Assembly (NCBI RefSeq): GCF_036917635.1
Contig: NZ_JBALCW010000082.1
Coordinates: 16,486-80,485 of the forward strand
DNA from: Nostoc sp.
GTDB lineage: Bacteria > Cyanobacteriota > Cyanobacteriia > Cyanobacteriales > Nostocaceae
DNA length: 64,000 bases
Direction: 5' to 3'
The position numbers and the translations under genes are program-made. The notes under the pieces were generated by a model. The model saw nothing but the letters and a program-made list of their open reading frames with translations. It did no database searches and was not told the DNA's origin. How positions within the stretch are numbered: the stretch's first letter is position 1; the number at the start of each line of letters is the position of its first letter. This document shows, piece after piece, positions 10,311-20,233 of the stretch.

Positions 10311-11099
10311 ATGAAAATTGCTGACTTAATTACTTGGTTTGAAGCATGGGCAAATCCCGCTTGGTGTGAAAGCTGGGATAATTGCGGCTGGCAGATTGAA
10401 CCAGGAGTGTTGCCGGAAAAAGCACGGGTTTTGGTATGTTTGACACCGACTTTGGCAGTAATGCAGGAAGCGATCGCAGAAAATGCTAACCTGATATTTG
10501 CCCATCATCCCTTGATTTTTACTCCTCCTAAATCTTTACGCACTGGGGAAGCGATCGCGGAAATAGTACGGTTATCCTTTACCCACAATATTGGTATTTA
10601 CACTGCTCACACCAATTTCGACCAAGTACAAGATGGTACTGCTGACGTTTTAGCTCAAATTTTAGAACTCAAAGAAGTTACTCCTATACAACCTACACAA
10701 GCAGGGTTAGGATATGGTCGTATTGGTTTGCTAGAGCCATTTTTGACATTACAAGAATTACTCGCAGCCATTCAAACCCGACTTGCTCCCCCTAATTTGA
10801 TTTTTTCCCCAAGTGCTGATTTACAGCAAACAATTTCACGACTTGCTGTTTTGGGTGGTTCCGGGGCTAGTTACATTTCAGCAGTCGCCAAAAGTGGTGC
10901 CCAAGCTTATCTGACTTCTGACTGTAAGTTTCATCAGTTTCAAGAAAGCCGCGATCGCAATCTCATTTTAATCGATGCCGGACATTACGCTACTGAACGT
11001 CCGGCTTGCGATCGCTTGGTGCAAAAATTCCAGTCCTTAAACCTAGACTGGGTGCAATTAAGTCAAAAGGATGAAGATTTCCGCCAGTTTTTTGCTTGA
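10311..11099 (+). CDS. Nif3-like dinuclear metal centre protein (YbgI family)
   Basis: HHPLIF motif and a C-terminal DAGHYATE motif. Start set at MKIADLITWF (10311). Confidence 0.85.
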   Translation: MKIADLITWFEAWANPAWCESWDNCGWQIEPGVLPEKARVLVCLTPTLAVMQEAIAENANLIFAHHPLIFTPPKSLRTGEAIAEIVRLSFTHNIGIYTAHTNFDQVQDGTADVLAQILELKEVTPIQPTQAGLGYGRIGLLEPFLTLQELLAAIQTRLAPPNLIFSPSADLQQTISRLAVLGGSGASYISAVAKSGAQAYLTSDCKFHQFQESRDRNLILIDAGHYATERPACDRLVQKFQSLNLDWVQLSQKDEDFRQFFA

Positions 11100-11384
11100 T
11101 TGCTTATTTTTCACTATATTTTTGGGATACTTTTTAAAAGTTTTTCTATCTTTTAATATTGTGCAATTATCCGTCATCTCAGTACTAACATTTTTTTGTA
11201 ACTATTATCTACGTATATTCATAGATAGATGCACCCAAATCTTATATTGTGAACAAGTTATGTGATCTAAATCACCAATTAAATGTAATTATAATCACAT
11301 GATATTCATGTTCCATATCAATTATTATCAGAGGGAAATGTTCCACACTTGACGTAACAATTTGTTTACTCTGTCCTAACCAAG

Positions 11385-11603
11385 ATGATTCGCACACTCG
11401 TTGAATCTGCTTTTCAAACTGGATATCTTAGTGTTGAATCTGAGGGATTACTCCATCAAGTGCTAGTAACTAAATGCTGGAAGGAAGAGGATTTATCGGA
11501 TCTCGCAGCCCTATACGATGCAGTTCGGGCAGGTAAAATAAAACGAGAAGCATCCTCGTCGAACGTGCTTATGGAATTTCCGCTACCATATAAATCTTGC
11601 TGA
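11385..11603 (+). CDS. small hypothetical protein
   Basis: 72-aa ORF with plausible composition. Confidence 0.4.
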   Translation: MIRTLVESAFQTGYLSVESEGLLHQVLVTKCWKEEDLSDLAALYDAVRAGKIKREASSSNVLMEFPLPYKSC

Positions 11604-12218
11604 TACTCCAAAATAAAAAGGGTAACTTTCTGATATTTCCCCTTATCCCCCCATTTCCTTTGCCCCTGAAGCTTCTCCCCTTATTCCGTTGCCTTTTCCT
11701 TAGCCATCATCAGCCAAAAACCTGCAAAAATCAAAACTATTTAGGTGTTATTGTTGAAAACCATCAAGGTCAGCAAGAGAATGAGTTAAGATCATATACA
11801 CATGGGTAAAAGTAAAACCAAGTCCCCGGACTTCCCAGCAATGCCAATGATTATAAGTAGGCAAGTTAAACAACCGCAATCAACGATTGGTTTGGAGTAT
11901 TGTTTATTACATAATAGTAACAACGACTCACCAGCAAATATCAACCTGGTTACGACAGGTTCCAAATTGTTTGACTTCGATGAAGCAGACATTCCGTAGA
12001 ATGAGCCGGAGGGAGATTGAGTTCATTAGCTAAAACAAGCATTGATTTATGATCCAAAATTTCTCAATATTTGACAACTACAAGCAAGTCTTGGGATTGG
12101 GTGATGAAGCTTGCTTGTTTTCAACAGTGAAATTAACCTCTTAAAGGTGTAATGTAATTGGGTAGAACCCAGATTTTGACAGGTTTAACTACGTTGTTTA
12201 AAAAGGCAGAAACAGTAC

Positions 12219-12530
12219 ATGCTACACCGCAAGATTTATCAACTCTGTTGCGATGGGCGCGAGGTATGTGTTTTCTTGCGGGACCAGCAACGCTGGATTG
12301 AACGCGCCCGCATCATCGACATAGAGGGAGATTTAGTGACTCTACGCTATGAAACAGAAGAAGAGGACGAAGTTTGTTCTTGGGAAGAAATGGTTCGCCT
12401 CGAGAGCATTGGTGCTGTAACGCAAAAACTGGCTTCAGTACCACGCGGTAATGTGGAACCTTTGATGACTGAAGACTGTCCCGAGGCCGAACGCATCCAC
12501 AACCGTTACACTGACTCGAATCCAGAATAA
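12219..12530 (+). CDS. hypothetical protein
   Basis: 103-aa acidic ORF with no competing ORF. Confidence 0.5.
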   Translation: MLHRKIYQLCCDGREVCVFLRDQQRWIERARIIDIEGDLVTLRYETEEEDEVCSWEEMVRLESIGAVTQKLASVPRGNVEPLMTEDCPEAERIHNRYTDSNPE

Positions 12531-12579
12531 TCAGTCATTAGTTAATAGTCATTAGTCATTCGTCATTCGTCATTAATTA
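12531..12579. repeat. STRR heptamer tract (TCATTAG/TCATTCG)
   Basis: Tandem units read directly. Confidence 0.85.
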
Positions 12580-12607
12580 AAAATGACAAAAGACACCGGA
12601 TTAATGA

Positions 12608-14275
12608 CTATTGGCTCTCATTGAAACCTTCAAAAGCAGGACAGTAACCTTCTAGAGTTACCTTAAAGTTATACAACGGGGAAGCTGGATTCCAACATCG
12701 CTGCCCCCTTTGGTGTCGGCAAGTACCGCAACAGTCTACATCTGTCCATGTATAGCGATCGCTACTTTGGTTGAGCAATTCTCGTTGAGACAATCCCCTC
12801 AATACTAGTTCTTCGCCTTGCCAACGAGCTTCGATTAAACCAGTATCGGCAAATTGCCGCCAACGCGGATCGGTAGTAATCACATCGGCTAGGGTGATTG
12901 TGATTACTGTTCCCAACTCTGTCAGTTCGCCTTCGTAATTAGTTTCTGGTGCTGCGGGTTGTAAAAATGTATCGCCGATAGGCAATTCTACTAAAGTATC
13001 AGCCGCCGGGGAATGGACATGGTAGCGGTTTTGTAACTCCTCTAAGCTAGTCAGGTCTGCCAAGTAGGCAGGAGAACCGTGAATAAAAATGACGTGCTGG
13101 GGTCGCAAATTATGAATTAGCTGCGTAGTACCAGGCCCATCACTATGTTGAGCCAAGAGATAGCTTTCAACAGTGGTGGGTGCTAAATATTCTTTGTTAA
13201 CTTTTATATCAATTTTTTCTGGTAACAAGATCAGCCAAGGTCCTGTGTCTAGTTGGCAGTGCTTACCCAAATCATCTGTAGAGTCGGTGAGGACTATACA
13301 AGGTGACTTACCCACAGTAGGACGATGTTCTGGTTGTAAACGACGCACGCGGGGACGCACCCGTTCATCCCAAAATAAGGGTTGATGGCGGGCGAAGTTC
13401 TGTACAGATGGGGGAAGGTGGGGTAACAGTTCTAAGTAGGCATCACACCCAGTAGCGACAGCACCATCTACCCAGATATCTAAATCTCGTCCGGTGAAGT
13501 GGTGATGAGAGCGTAAGAGCATTAATAATTCTTGACCCAATCCTAAAGCAGGGGTGGGAAGAATTACAGAACAATTCTCAGCGATGGCGCGATTAATTCT
13601 TTCTGCTAGTTGATTTTCTTGGTTGCGGCGGTGAGGATGACGGGATGTGCCATAACTGCCTTCAATAATTAGCACATCCAAGTCTAATCCTCGCAGTTCC
13701 TCTAAACGCAAACCTTCTACCAACCGGGAGTTTGACAGGAAAAAATCTCCTGTATACAGTAGCTTGTAAGTACGTTGCTTCGTGGTGTAGGTAAGGAGAA
13801 TTGCCACAGCCCCCGGTAGATGCCCGGAGGGAAATAATTCTGCCACCAAACCATCTTGGAATTCCACAGGCGATCGCAACGGCAAGGCATGACAAAATTC
13901 GGAAATTTTCTCTGGATCTTGGTCTAGCCAATTCAACGGCAGTAACTTGCTGGTTACTTCGCTACCATAAATAGGTAACTTGGGAAAAGCTTTATGCAGT
14001 GCCAGTAAGCCTCTGGCGTGATCTGGGTGGGCGTGACTAATTAAAACCAAATCTGCTGGGGAGGACGAATCAATTCCCCGTACCGACTTACTAAGCCCCT
14101 TCGCCAGCGATGAAATATCTTCCAAACCACAATCTAACAGGATGCGGTGTGGTCCCATCTTCACCAATAAACACACACCCTCATCGTAATGCTGCACACT
14201 ATAGGGCAAACATTCTAATTCACTACCCCCGAACGCAGCATCTACGCCAGAGGATGCCGATAGATTATCCCTCAT
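12608..14275 (-). CDS. MBL-fold metallo-hydrolase (beta-CASP-like) with a Cys-rich C-terminal domain
   Basis: HxHxDH motif (SHAHPDHARG). 555 aa. C-terminal CCGTCRHQRGQRCWNP...CPAFE. Confidence 0.8.
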   Translation of the reverse strand: MRDNLSASSGVDAAFGGSELECLPYSVQHYDEGVCLLVKMGPHRILLDCGLEDISSLAKGLSKSVRGIDSSSPADLVLISHAHPDHARGLLALHKAFPKLPIYGSEVTSKLLPLNWLDQDPEKISEFCHALPLRSPVEFQDGLVAELFPSGHLPGAVAILLTYTTKQRTYKLLYTGDFFLSNSRLVEGLRLEELRGLDLDVLIIEGSYGTSRHPHRRNQENQLAERINRAIAENCSVILPTPALGLGQELLMLLRSHHHFTGRDLDIWVDGAVATGCDAYLELLPHLPPSVQNFARHQPLFWDERVRPRVRRLQPEHRPTVGKSPCIVLTDSTDDLGKHCQLDTGPWLILLPEKIDIKVNKEYLAPTTVESYLLAQHSDGPGTTQLIHNLRPQHVIFIHGSPAYLADLTSLEELQNRYHVHSPAADTLVELPIGDTFLQPAAPETNYEGELTELGTVITITLADVITTDPRWRQFADTGLIEARWQGEELVLRGLSQRELLNQSSDRYTWTDVDCCGTCRHQRGQRCWNPASPLYNFKVTLEGYCPAFEGFNESQ

Positions 14276-14577
14276 GCTCTCCTCCTCCCCTCAAACCTCA
14301 TCATCATGGACATATCCCAAAAGCCAAAAATTACACAAATTTTGGTTTTGTGACTTAGGGGTAAGTTTTATCGTGCGCCCCTACACCCTGAGAATACAGA
14401 TTTTTGATTGGGGAGGACGCCTCCACCGAACCCGCACTGGTTCAGAAAGGTGGACTAACCAGAAGCCATCAAATTACTAGCTCAAGGATGCCTCTTGTTT
14501 ATTTTCCCTTTGCAAGTTCTGAACGCTCTTAACCAACTCACTCTAAGGCAAGTCGCCCAAGCCTTTACAGATTTATC

Positions 14578-14700
14578 TCAATGTGCAGAGCCATTGCCGT
14601 GATAGTTATCTGAATCATAAAATCCATTTTTCGTGCCAAAAAATAAGCACGAAAGCGTAAAGATAACTGTCAATCCAGCTAGAATCAGCTTTACATCCAT
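14578..14700 (-). CDS. possible 40-aa single-pass membrane peptide
   Basis: MDVKLILAGLTVIFTLSCLFFGTKNGFYDSDNYHGNGSAH. A purine-rich AAGGGG lies about 9 nt upstream. Below the size cut-off of the ORF track. Confidence 0.3.
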   Translation of the reverse strand: MDVKLILAGLTVIFTLSCLFFGTKNGFYDSDNYHGNGSAH

Positions 14701-14957
14701 TTTTTTGCTGCCCCTTAGTTTTAAAGACTTTCCTATATTAATTTAGTGCTTCCGCAATTAAACGTAATCACTAGAAAATCTTTACTATGGTTATGTGGAT
14801 TGGGCAATAGGTAAATTTACCGCAATCAGTCAGATTGTAGAACCTTTCGGTTCACCTGTCCATTGATCTAGATTTGACCTTGAAAGGGCTGGTCTTACTT
14901 AATATTAAAAACAGGAGCAATTATTTCCCAACCCCTAAATAAAAATACCTGTGTTGT

Positions 14958-15515
14958 ATGACTATCGAACGAATTCCCCAAAAACACTATCCCAAAGCTG
15001 AAATTGGGCGGCGAGGTATGGCATTAGGGCTTGATTTCCTTGGTGTCTGGTTAGTCAGTTCCCTGCTGGGAGGGGGCGATATCGGGATTCAATTTGTGCA
15101 AATCCTAGTTTTTGTGATCCTTTGGCTGATTTTGCGGGTGGTGGTGGTATACAACAATCAAGGGCAAAGTTTAGGGCGTTGGGCGTTCGATTTAAAGGTA
15201 TTGGAAGTTGAAGATGGGGAAGTAGTCGGCAGAATTCCAGATTTGCTTTCACTGGTGAAGCGAGAGGCGATCGTTGGCTTGAGCGCCCTTTTAGTGTCAA
15301 TTGCCCTGAGCAATATTGGAGCCAATCCCACTGCTATACTGCTAGTACTTCCCTTAGCTATTGATTGTGGGACTGCCTTCTCTGATACCCAGATGCGGCA
15401 GGCTTTACACGATCGCTATTGTGGAACTTTCATCGTTTCATCGCGTCGTGGCTACTCGCTCGATATAAAAGTTAAAAGATTAGTTGATAATATGCGGCGG
15501 AATGTGAGAAGATAG
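14958..15515 (+). CDS. RDD family membrane protein
   Basis: 185 aa with several TM segments. The N-terminal R..G..LD layout is typical of the RDD family. Confidence 0.65.
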   Translation: MTIERIPQKHYPKAEIGRRGMALGLDFLGVWLVSSLLGGGDIGIQFVQILVFVILWLILRVVVVYNNQGQSLGRWAFDLKVLEVEDGEVVGRIPDLLSLVKREAIVGLSALLVSIALSNIGANPTAILLVLPLAIDCGTAFSDTQMRQALHDRYCGTFIVSSRRGYSLDIKVKRLVDNMRRNVRR

Positions 15516-15558
15516 TCATTTGTGTTAATTCTCTTCAGGCTTCACTGTTTGTAAGATT

Positions 15559-15753
15559 ATGGCTAAGAGTAAAGGTGCCCGCATTATTATCACACTAGAG
15601 TGTACTGAGTGCCGGACAAATTCAGACAAGCGTTCTGCTGGTGTTTCACGTTATACCAGCACCAAGAATCGCCGCAACACCACTAACCGGCTAGAACTGA
15701 AAAAGTTCTGCACCCACTGCAACAAACATACCGTTCACAAGGAAATTAAGTAG
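15559..15753 (+). CDS. rpmG: 50S ribosomal protein L33
   Basis: 64 aa with CxxC...CxxC (LECTECRT...CTHCNKHT). Confidence 0.95.
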   Translation: MAKSKGARIIITLECTECRTNSDKRSAGVSRYTSTKNRRNTTNRLELKKFCTHCNKHTVHKEIK

Positions 15754-15755
15754 AG

Positions 15756-15971
15756 ATGAGTTATTTCCGTCGTCGCCTTTCTCCGATCAAGCCAGGAGAG
15801 CCAATCGATTATAAAGATGTTGATTTACTGCGTAAGTTTGTCACCGAACGGGGTAAAATATTGCCACGTCGGATTACTGGGCTTACATCTCAGCAACAGC
15901 GAGAGTTGACATTAGCAATTAAACGTTCGCGCATTGTGGCTTTGTTGCCATTTATCAATGCGGAAGGCTAA
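15756..15971 (+). CDS. rpsR: 30S ribosomal protein S18
   Basis: 71 aa (...[26 protein letters not shown]...). Starts 2 nt after rpmG. Confidence 0.95.
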   Translation: MSYFRRRLSPIKPGEPIDYKDVDLLRKFVTERGKILPRRITGLTSQQQRELTLAIKRSRIVALLPFINAEG

Positions 15972-15974
15972 AAC

Positions 15975-16041
15975 AATTTTGGATTTGGAATTTTAGATTT
16001 TGGATTATTAAAGAGAATGTCCAAAATCTGAAATCTGAATC
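15975..16041. repeat. STRR heptamer tract (TTTTGGA/TTTTAGA) with an inverted arm
   Basis: Read directly. Confidence 0.8.
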
Positions 16042-16123
16042 AGAGAGTGTAAAATAGATTGCTGCATAAAAAACGGTTGGATTTAGGGATTTAACACCAG
16101 TTATAAAATCCCTTCGGGTTCAG

Positions 16124-16159
16124 CAGTCGCTCATGGGGGAAACCCCCAAGACCGCGCTG
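16124..16159. repeat. 36-bp dispersed repeat (reverse complement of 1621-1656)
   Basis: Exact 36/36 match in inverted orientation. Confidence 0.85.
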
Positions 16160-16165
16160 CTTCAG

Positions 16166-16193
16166 CAAAATCTAAAATCTAAAATCTAAAATT
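16166..16193. repeat. STRR heptamer tract (AAAATCT)
   Basis: Read directly. Confidence 0.85.
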
Positions 16194-16210
16194 ATTAGAG
16201 TGCGAGAGTT

Positions 16211-18271
16211 GTGGAGAAGGGGACGCTAGTTGAATTTAGGGTTCAAGGCGATCGCCGTCTGGGCATCGTAGAACGTCCAGACGGTAAAACCCGCTGGTTT
16301 GTGGTAGACGAACGTGGTCAATCCCACAGCCTCGCGCCTAAACAAATAACTTATACAGTTACCGGACAGACGTACAAGCCCTCAGAGATTGCCAGCTTTT
16401 TGGAGCAGGTAAAGCCTTATTTAGATCCATCTAGCTTAGAAGTGGCTTGGGAACTATTGGTTGAGGATGGGGAAACAGTCACCCCAGACCAAATGGCAAA
16501 TTTGCTATTTTCTGAATCAACAGCCCCTCCTTGTTACGCCGCCCATTGCTTGTTATCAGACGACAAGCTTTATTTCAAGCAAAAAGGAGACGCTTACGAG
16601 CCGCGAACTGCTGCTCAGGTGGCAGAACGCCAGCATCAGATAGAAGTAGAGGCACTAAAAGCTAAGGGACAGCAGGAATTTTTAACTCGTGTAGAGCAGG
16701 CGCTCAAAGGTGAAGCAGTAGAGTGGGGGCGTCACGATCGCCAGCGCTTAGAAGGACTCGAAAAATACGCTGCGTTGATTGCTGACACCGTGCGGACAGG
16801 AGTAAATTATGACTCCTTGGCTCGCGCTTATCCGCCAAGCGCTCCAGTATTAGAAACTATGACCATGCTGGGACGACCCACAACACCCCAGGGAGCCTTT
16901 CAACTGTTGGTGGATTTGGGTTGCTGGAGTCCTTATGAAAACTTGTTCCTGCGTCGTTCTTCAATTCCGATCCAATTTCCTAATAAGGTATTAGAAGTGG
17001 CGCAACAGCGTTTGGATTTCCCGCCGATTGACTCAGATACAAACCGCCTTGATCTGACTCACCTGAAGGTCTACACCATTGATGATGAAACTACCACAGA
17101 GATCGACGATGGTCTGAGTTGGGAAGTACTACCCGATGGCCAAGAACGCCTCTGGGTGCATATCGCCGATCCGACTCGATGGTTAGTACCGGAAGATGAA
17201 TTAGATTTGGAAGCCAGGAAGCGGGGTAGCACAGTTTATTTACCTACCGGGATGATTCCCATGTTCCCGGAGGTATTGGCGACTGGTCCGATGAGTCTGA
17301 TCCAGGGACGGGTTTGTTGCGCCCTCAGTTTCGGAATTATTTTAGGTACAAGTGGGGGAGTAGAAGATTATAGCATTCATACCAGTTTGATTAAGCCGAC
17401 TTATCGTCTCACCTACGAAGATGTAGATGAAATGCTGCAATTACGGGTACAGGCAGAACCGGAAATTGCTGCGATCGCAACTTGGGCGCAGAAGCGCAAA
17501 GCTTGGCGTTACGCTCAGGGGGCAATTAGCATCACCATGCCGGAAGCGATGATCAAAGTCAAAGATGACGAGATCAATATTGACATTTTGGACGATTCCC
17601 CATCACGGCAAGTAGTGGCAGAAATGATGATTGTTGCCGGTGAAGTTGCGGCTCGTTATGGTAAAGCTCATAACATACCTTTGCCCTTTCGCGGTCAGCC
17701 GCAACCAGAATTACCCCCAGAAGAAGAATTGCTGCTACTTCCCCCCGGATTCGTTCGCGCTTGCGCTATGCGTCGTTGTATGCCTAAGAGCGAAATGAGC
17801 ATTACGCCTCTGCGCCATGCTGGTTTGGGTTTGGATACCTACACCCAAGCAACCTCTCCCATCCGTCGTTACAGTGACTTGCTTACCCACTTCCAACTTA
17901 AAGCCCATTTGCGGGGTGAAGTTTTACCATTTACCGCAGATCAGCTTAAAGAAGTAATGATGACTGTCACCAGCATTACCCAAGAGGTGACGATGGTGGA
18001 ACGGCAAACTAATAGATATTATGCTCTAGAGTATTTACGCCGTCATCCAGAGGAAACTTGGGAGGTAACAGTGTTAATGTGGCTGCGAGAAGACAGCAAC
18101 TTGGCTCTAATTTTGTTAGAAGATTTGGGCTTGCAATTACCAATGGTTTTCAAGCGTTCCGTGAAGTTGGGCGAACAGATATTGGTGAAAGTTAGCCACG
18201 CCGATCCGCAAAAAGATATGATCCAGTTTCAAGAAATAGTTTATCAAGAAGCCCAAACAGCAGCGAATTAA
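16211..18271 (+). CDS. RNase II/R family 3'-5' exoribonuclease
   Basis: 686 aa. RNB domain motifs (IDDGLS..., HAGLGLDTYTQATSPIRRYSDL). GTG start as in the track. Confidence 0.9.
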   Translation: MEKGTLVEFRVQGDRRLGIVERPDGKTRWFVVDERGQSHSLAPKQITYTVTGQTYKPSEIASFLEQVKPYLDPSSLEVAWELLVEDGETVTPDQMANLLFSESTAPPCYAAHCLLSDDKLYFKQKGDAYEPRTAAQVAERQHQIEVEALKAKGQQEFLTRVEQALKGEAVEWGRHDRQRLEGLEKYAALIADTVRTGVNYDSLARAYPPSAPVLETMTMLGRPTTPQGAFQLLVDLGCWSPYENLFLRRSSIPIQFPNKVLEVAQQRLDFPPIDSDTNRLDLTHLKVYTIDDETTTEIDDGLSWEVLPDGQERLWVHIADPTRWLVPEDELDLEARKRGSTVYLPTGMIPMFPEVLATGPMSLIQGRVCCALSFGIILGTSGGVEDYSIHTSLIKPTYRLTYEDVDEMLQLRVQAEPEIAAIATWAQKRKAWRYAQGAISITMPEAMIKVKDDEINIDILDDSPSRQVVAEMMIVAGEVAARYGKAHNIPLPFRGQPQPELPPEEELLLLPPGFVRACAMRRCMPKSEMSITPLRHAGLGLDTYTQATSPIRRYSDLLTHFQLKAHLRGEVLPFTADQLKEVMMTVTSITQEVTMVERQTNRYYALEYLRRHPEETWEVTVLMWLREDSNLALILLEDLGLQLPMVFKRSVKLGEQILVKVSHADPQKDMIQFQEIVYQEAQTAAN

Positions 18272-18272
18272 C

Positions 18273-18297
18273 TAATTTGTCATTTGTCATTTGTAAT
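18273..18297. repeat. STRR heptamer tract (TTTGTCA)
   Basis: Read directly. Confidence 0.75.
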
Positions 18298-18394
18298 ACT
18301 CGCCAGAGGCTAGTATTATCAATTACGAATTATTTTAATCTTGCTCTAACCCCTGTCGGTTAGGATATAGGGTAAATGGAATGAGGTAATAGTT

Positions 18395-18679
18395 GTGAAT
18401 ATATCTTTGACCCCAGAACTGGAGCAGTTGGTTAAGGATAAAGTTAGTAGTGGGAAATATCACTCAGTTAGTGAAGTGATGGGTGAAGCATTGAGATTGC
18501 TAGAAGAACGCGATCGCATTCGAGATCAGCGTCTAGCAGAATTGAAAGCTAAAATCCAAGAAGGAATAGAAGCCTCAGAGCGTGGTGAAGTAGTCGATGG
18601 CGAAGAGGTGTTTGCAGAAATTGAAGAAGATATCCGACGCGCTGAAGCCCAAATGCAACAAGCAGAGGCTGCTAAATAA
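18395..18679 (+). CDS. parD: type II antitoxin, ParD family
   Basis: 94 aa with the ParD-like N-terminus SLTPELEQLVKDKVSSGKYHSVSEVMGEALRLLEE. Its stop overlaps the next start (ATAATG). Confidence 0.8.
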   Translation: MNISLTPELEQLVKDKVSSGKYHSVSEVMGEALRLLEERDRIRDQRLAELKAKIQEGIEASERGEVVDGEEVFAEIEEDIRRAEAQMQQAEAAK

Positions 18680-18984
18680 TGAGTCGGTATGTTTTAACAA
18701 TTCCAGACAAGCAAGACCTCAAGGAGATTAATCGCTATATTATCCGCTTTAATCCTGCTGCGGCTCGAAGATTCAATGAAAAATTTAAACAGCAGTGTAA
18801 ATTGCTGGCTGATTTCCCTAACATGGGGCAAAGTTGCGATAATTTTATAAGCGGTTTACGGAGTTTCCCCGTAGAAGATTATTTGATATTCTATCGTCCC
18901 ATTGATGACGGTGTGGAAGTTGTGCGTGTTATCAGTGGTTATCGGGATTTAGAGACAGTTTTCTTAAGTGAGGATATTCCTTAA
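18679..18984 (+). CDS. parE: type II toxin, ParE/RelE family
   Basis: 101 aa. Translationally coupled to parD. ParE-like end ...YLIFYRPIDDGVEVVRVISGYRD. Confidence 0.8.
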   Translation: MSRYVLTIPDKQDLKEINRYIIRFNPAAARRFNEKFKQQCKLLADFPNMGQSCDNFISGLRSFPVEDYLIFYRPIDDGVEVVRVISGYRDLETVFLSEDIP

Positions 18985-18997
18985 AATTGCATTTGAT

Positions 18998-19534
18998 CTA
19001 AGGGTTTTTTCCCATCTCCTCACACCGTGCTTTTGCCATCACAGCCTGGATATAATCATTTTTACCACTAGTATAAGCCTCGCGATCGCTCCGAAAACTT
19101 GCCGCCAAATCGCGTTTTAAAGCTTCATATCGTTTTGCCTCTTCAGGATGTCTCCTCAGATAGTCGCAAAATAGCTTGTGCTTCTCCCAAAATTCGCTGT
19201 CAGCCTCGACTATGTGAACATGATGTGTACGTTGCTTTCCGTATGATGGCATTCCTTTCACAAAAAACATCCGTCCTGGATCTGGGTTTTCACGCCAATA
19301 AACGTATCCCAACGATTCCAATGCCGGAATAGTAGATTTCGCATTTACTAAGGAACGGACTCCTACCATGATGTCAACAACTGGTTTTGCTGCCATTCCT
19401 GGTACTGCCGTACTCCCAATATGTTCAATTTCCACAATCAAGTCATTGCCTACTAGTTGCCAAATCCGCTCGGCTTCTTCTGTAAACAAAGTCTGCCAAT
19501 GTGGGTCATATTCGACTATATTTACTTCATCCAT
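18998..19534 (-). CDS. GrpB family protein
   Basis: IEHIGSTAVPGMAAKPVVDIMVGV motif. Confidence 0.85.
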   Translation of the reverse strand: MDEVNIVEYDPHWQTLFTEEAERIWQLVGNDLIVEIEHIGSTAVPGMAAKPVVDIMVGVRSLVNAKSTIPALESLGYVYWRENPDPGRMFFVKGMPSYGKQRTHHVHIVEADSEFWEKHKLFCDYLRRHPEEAKRYEALKRDLAASFRSDREAYTSGKNDYIQAVMAKARCEEMGKNP

Positions 19535-19647
19535 CGGTGAAATTAATTTTGTCTATAACAGTGGTAATTGGTTAAATAATTTACTTAATTACCATTCAAG
19601 CAATTTTATTAGTATAATAATGGATCGTGTCGAATTAAAGCTAGATC

Positions 19648-19845
19648 ATGCCTAAACTAAAGACTCGTAAAGCAGCGGCAAAGCGATTCCGTGCCACCGG
19701 TACCGGCAAAATCGTCCGTCGTAAAGCGTTCAAAAGCCACCTTTTAGAGCACAAATCTTCCAACAAGAAGCGTAGCTTGCGCCAGAGTACACTTGTACAT
19801 GAACGCGATGAACTTAACGTGCGCTTGATGCTCCCATATTTGTAA
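19648..19845 (+). CDS. rpmI: 50S ribosomal protein L35
   Basis: [27 protein letters not shown]... Confidence 0.95.
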   Translation: MPKLKTRKAAAKRFRATGTGKIVRRKAFKSHLLEHKSSNKKRSLRQSTLVHERDELNVRLMLPYL

Positions 19846-19864
19846 GTATTTTAGGAAATAAGTT

Positions 19865-20221
19865 ATGACACGGGTAAAACGCGGTAATGTAGCTCGGAAG
19901 CGCCGCAATAAAATTCTCAAACTAGCTAAAGGTTTTCGCGGTTCTCACTCAACTCTGTTTAGAACTGCGAACCAACAAGTGATGAAGGCGCTACGGAGTG
20001 CCTACCGCGATCGCAAAAAGAAAAAGCGCGATTTTCGTCGCCTCTGGATCACCCGCATCAACGCTGCTTCAAGGCAACACGGCATGAGTTACAGCCAGTT
20101 GATCGGGAACTTGAAAAAAGCTGATATCCAACTAAATCGCAAGATGTTGGCACAATTAGCAGTCCTCGATCCAGCTAGCTTCGGTAAAGTTGCTGAACTC
20201 GCAAATCAAGCTAAAGGATAA
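19865..20221 (+). CDS. rplT: 50S ribosomal protein L20
   Basis: [26 protein letters not shown]... Confidence 0.95.
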   Translation: MTRVKRGNVARKRRNKILKLAKGFRGSHSTLFRTANQQVMKALRSAYRDRKKKKRDFRRLWITRINAASRQHGMSYSQLIGNLKKADIQLNRKMLAQLAVLDPASFGKVAELANQAKG

Positions 20222-20233
20222 AGGTGGCAAGGG

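Noticed and set aside
11198-11212. Whether GTAACTATTATCTAC is an NtcA binding site.
   Set aside because: The spacing is GTA-N9-TAC rather than the canonical GTA-N8-TAC, and no -10 box lies at the expected distance.
11597-11999. Three mutually overlapping short ORFs (11597-11809, 11792-11992, 11802-11999) in a gene-poor stretch, plus a 9-bp-stem hairpin with a T-run at 12080-12120.
   Set aside because: None has a recognisable family, RBS or convincing composition. The hairpin alone is not enough to call an sRNA.
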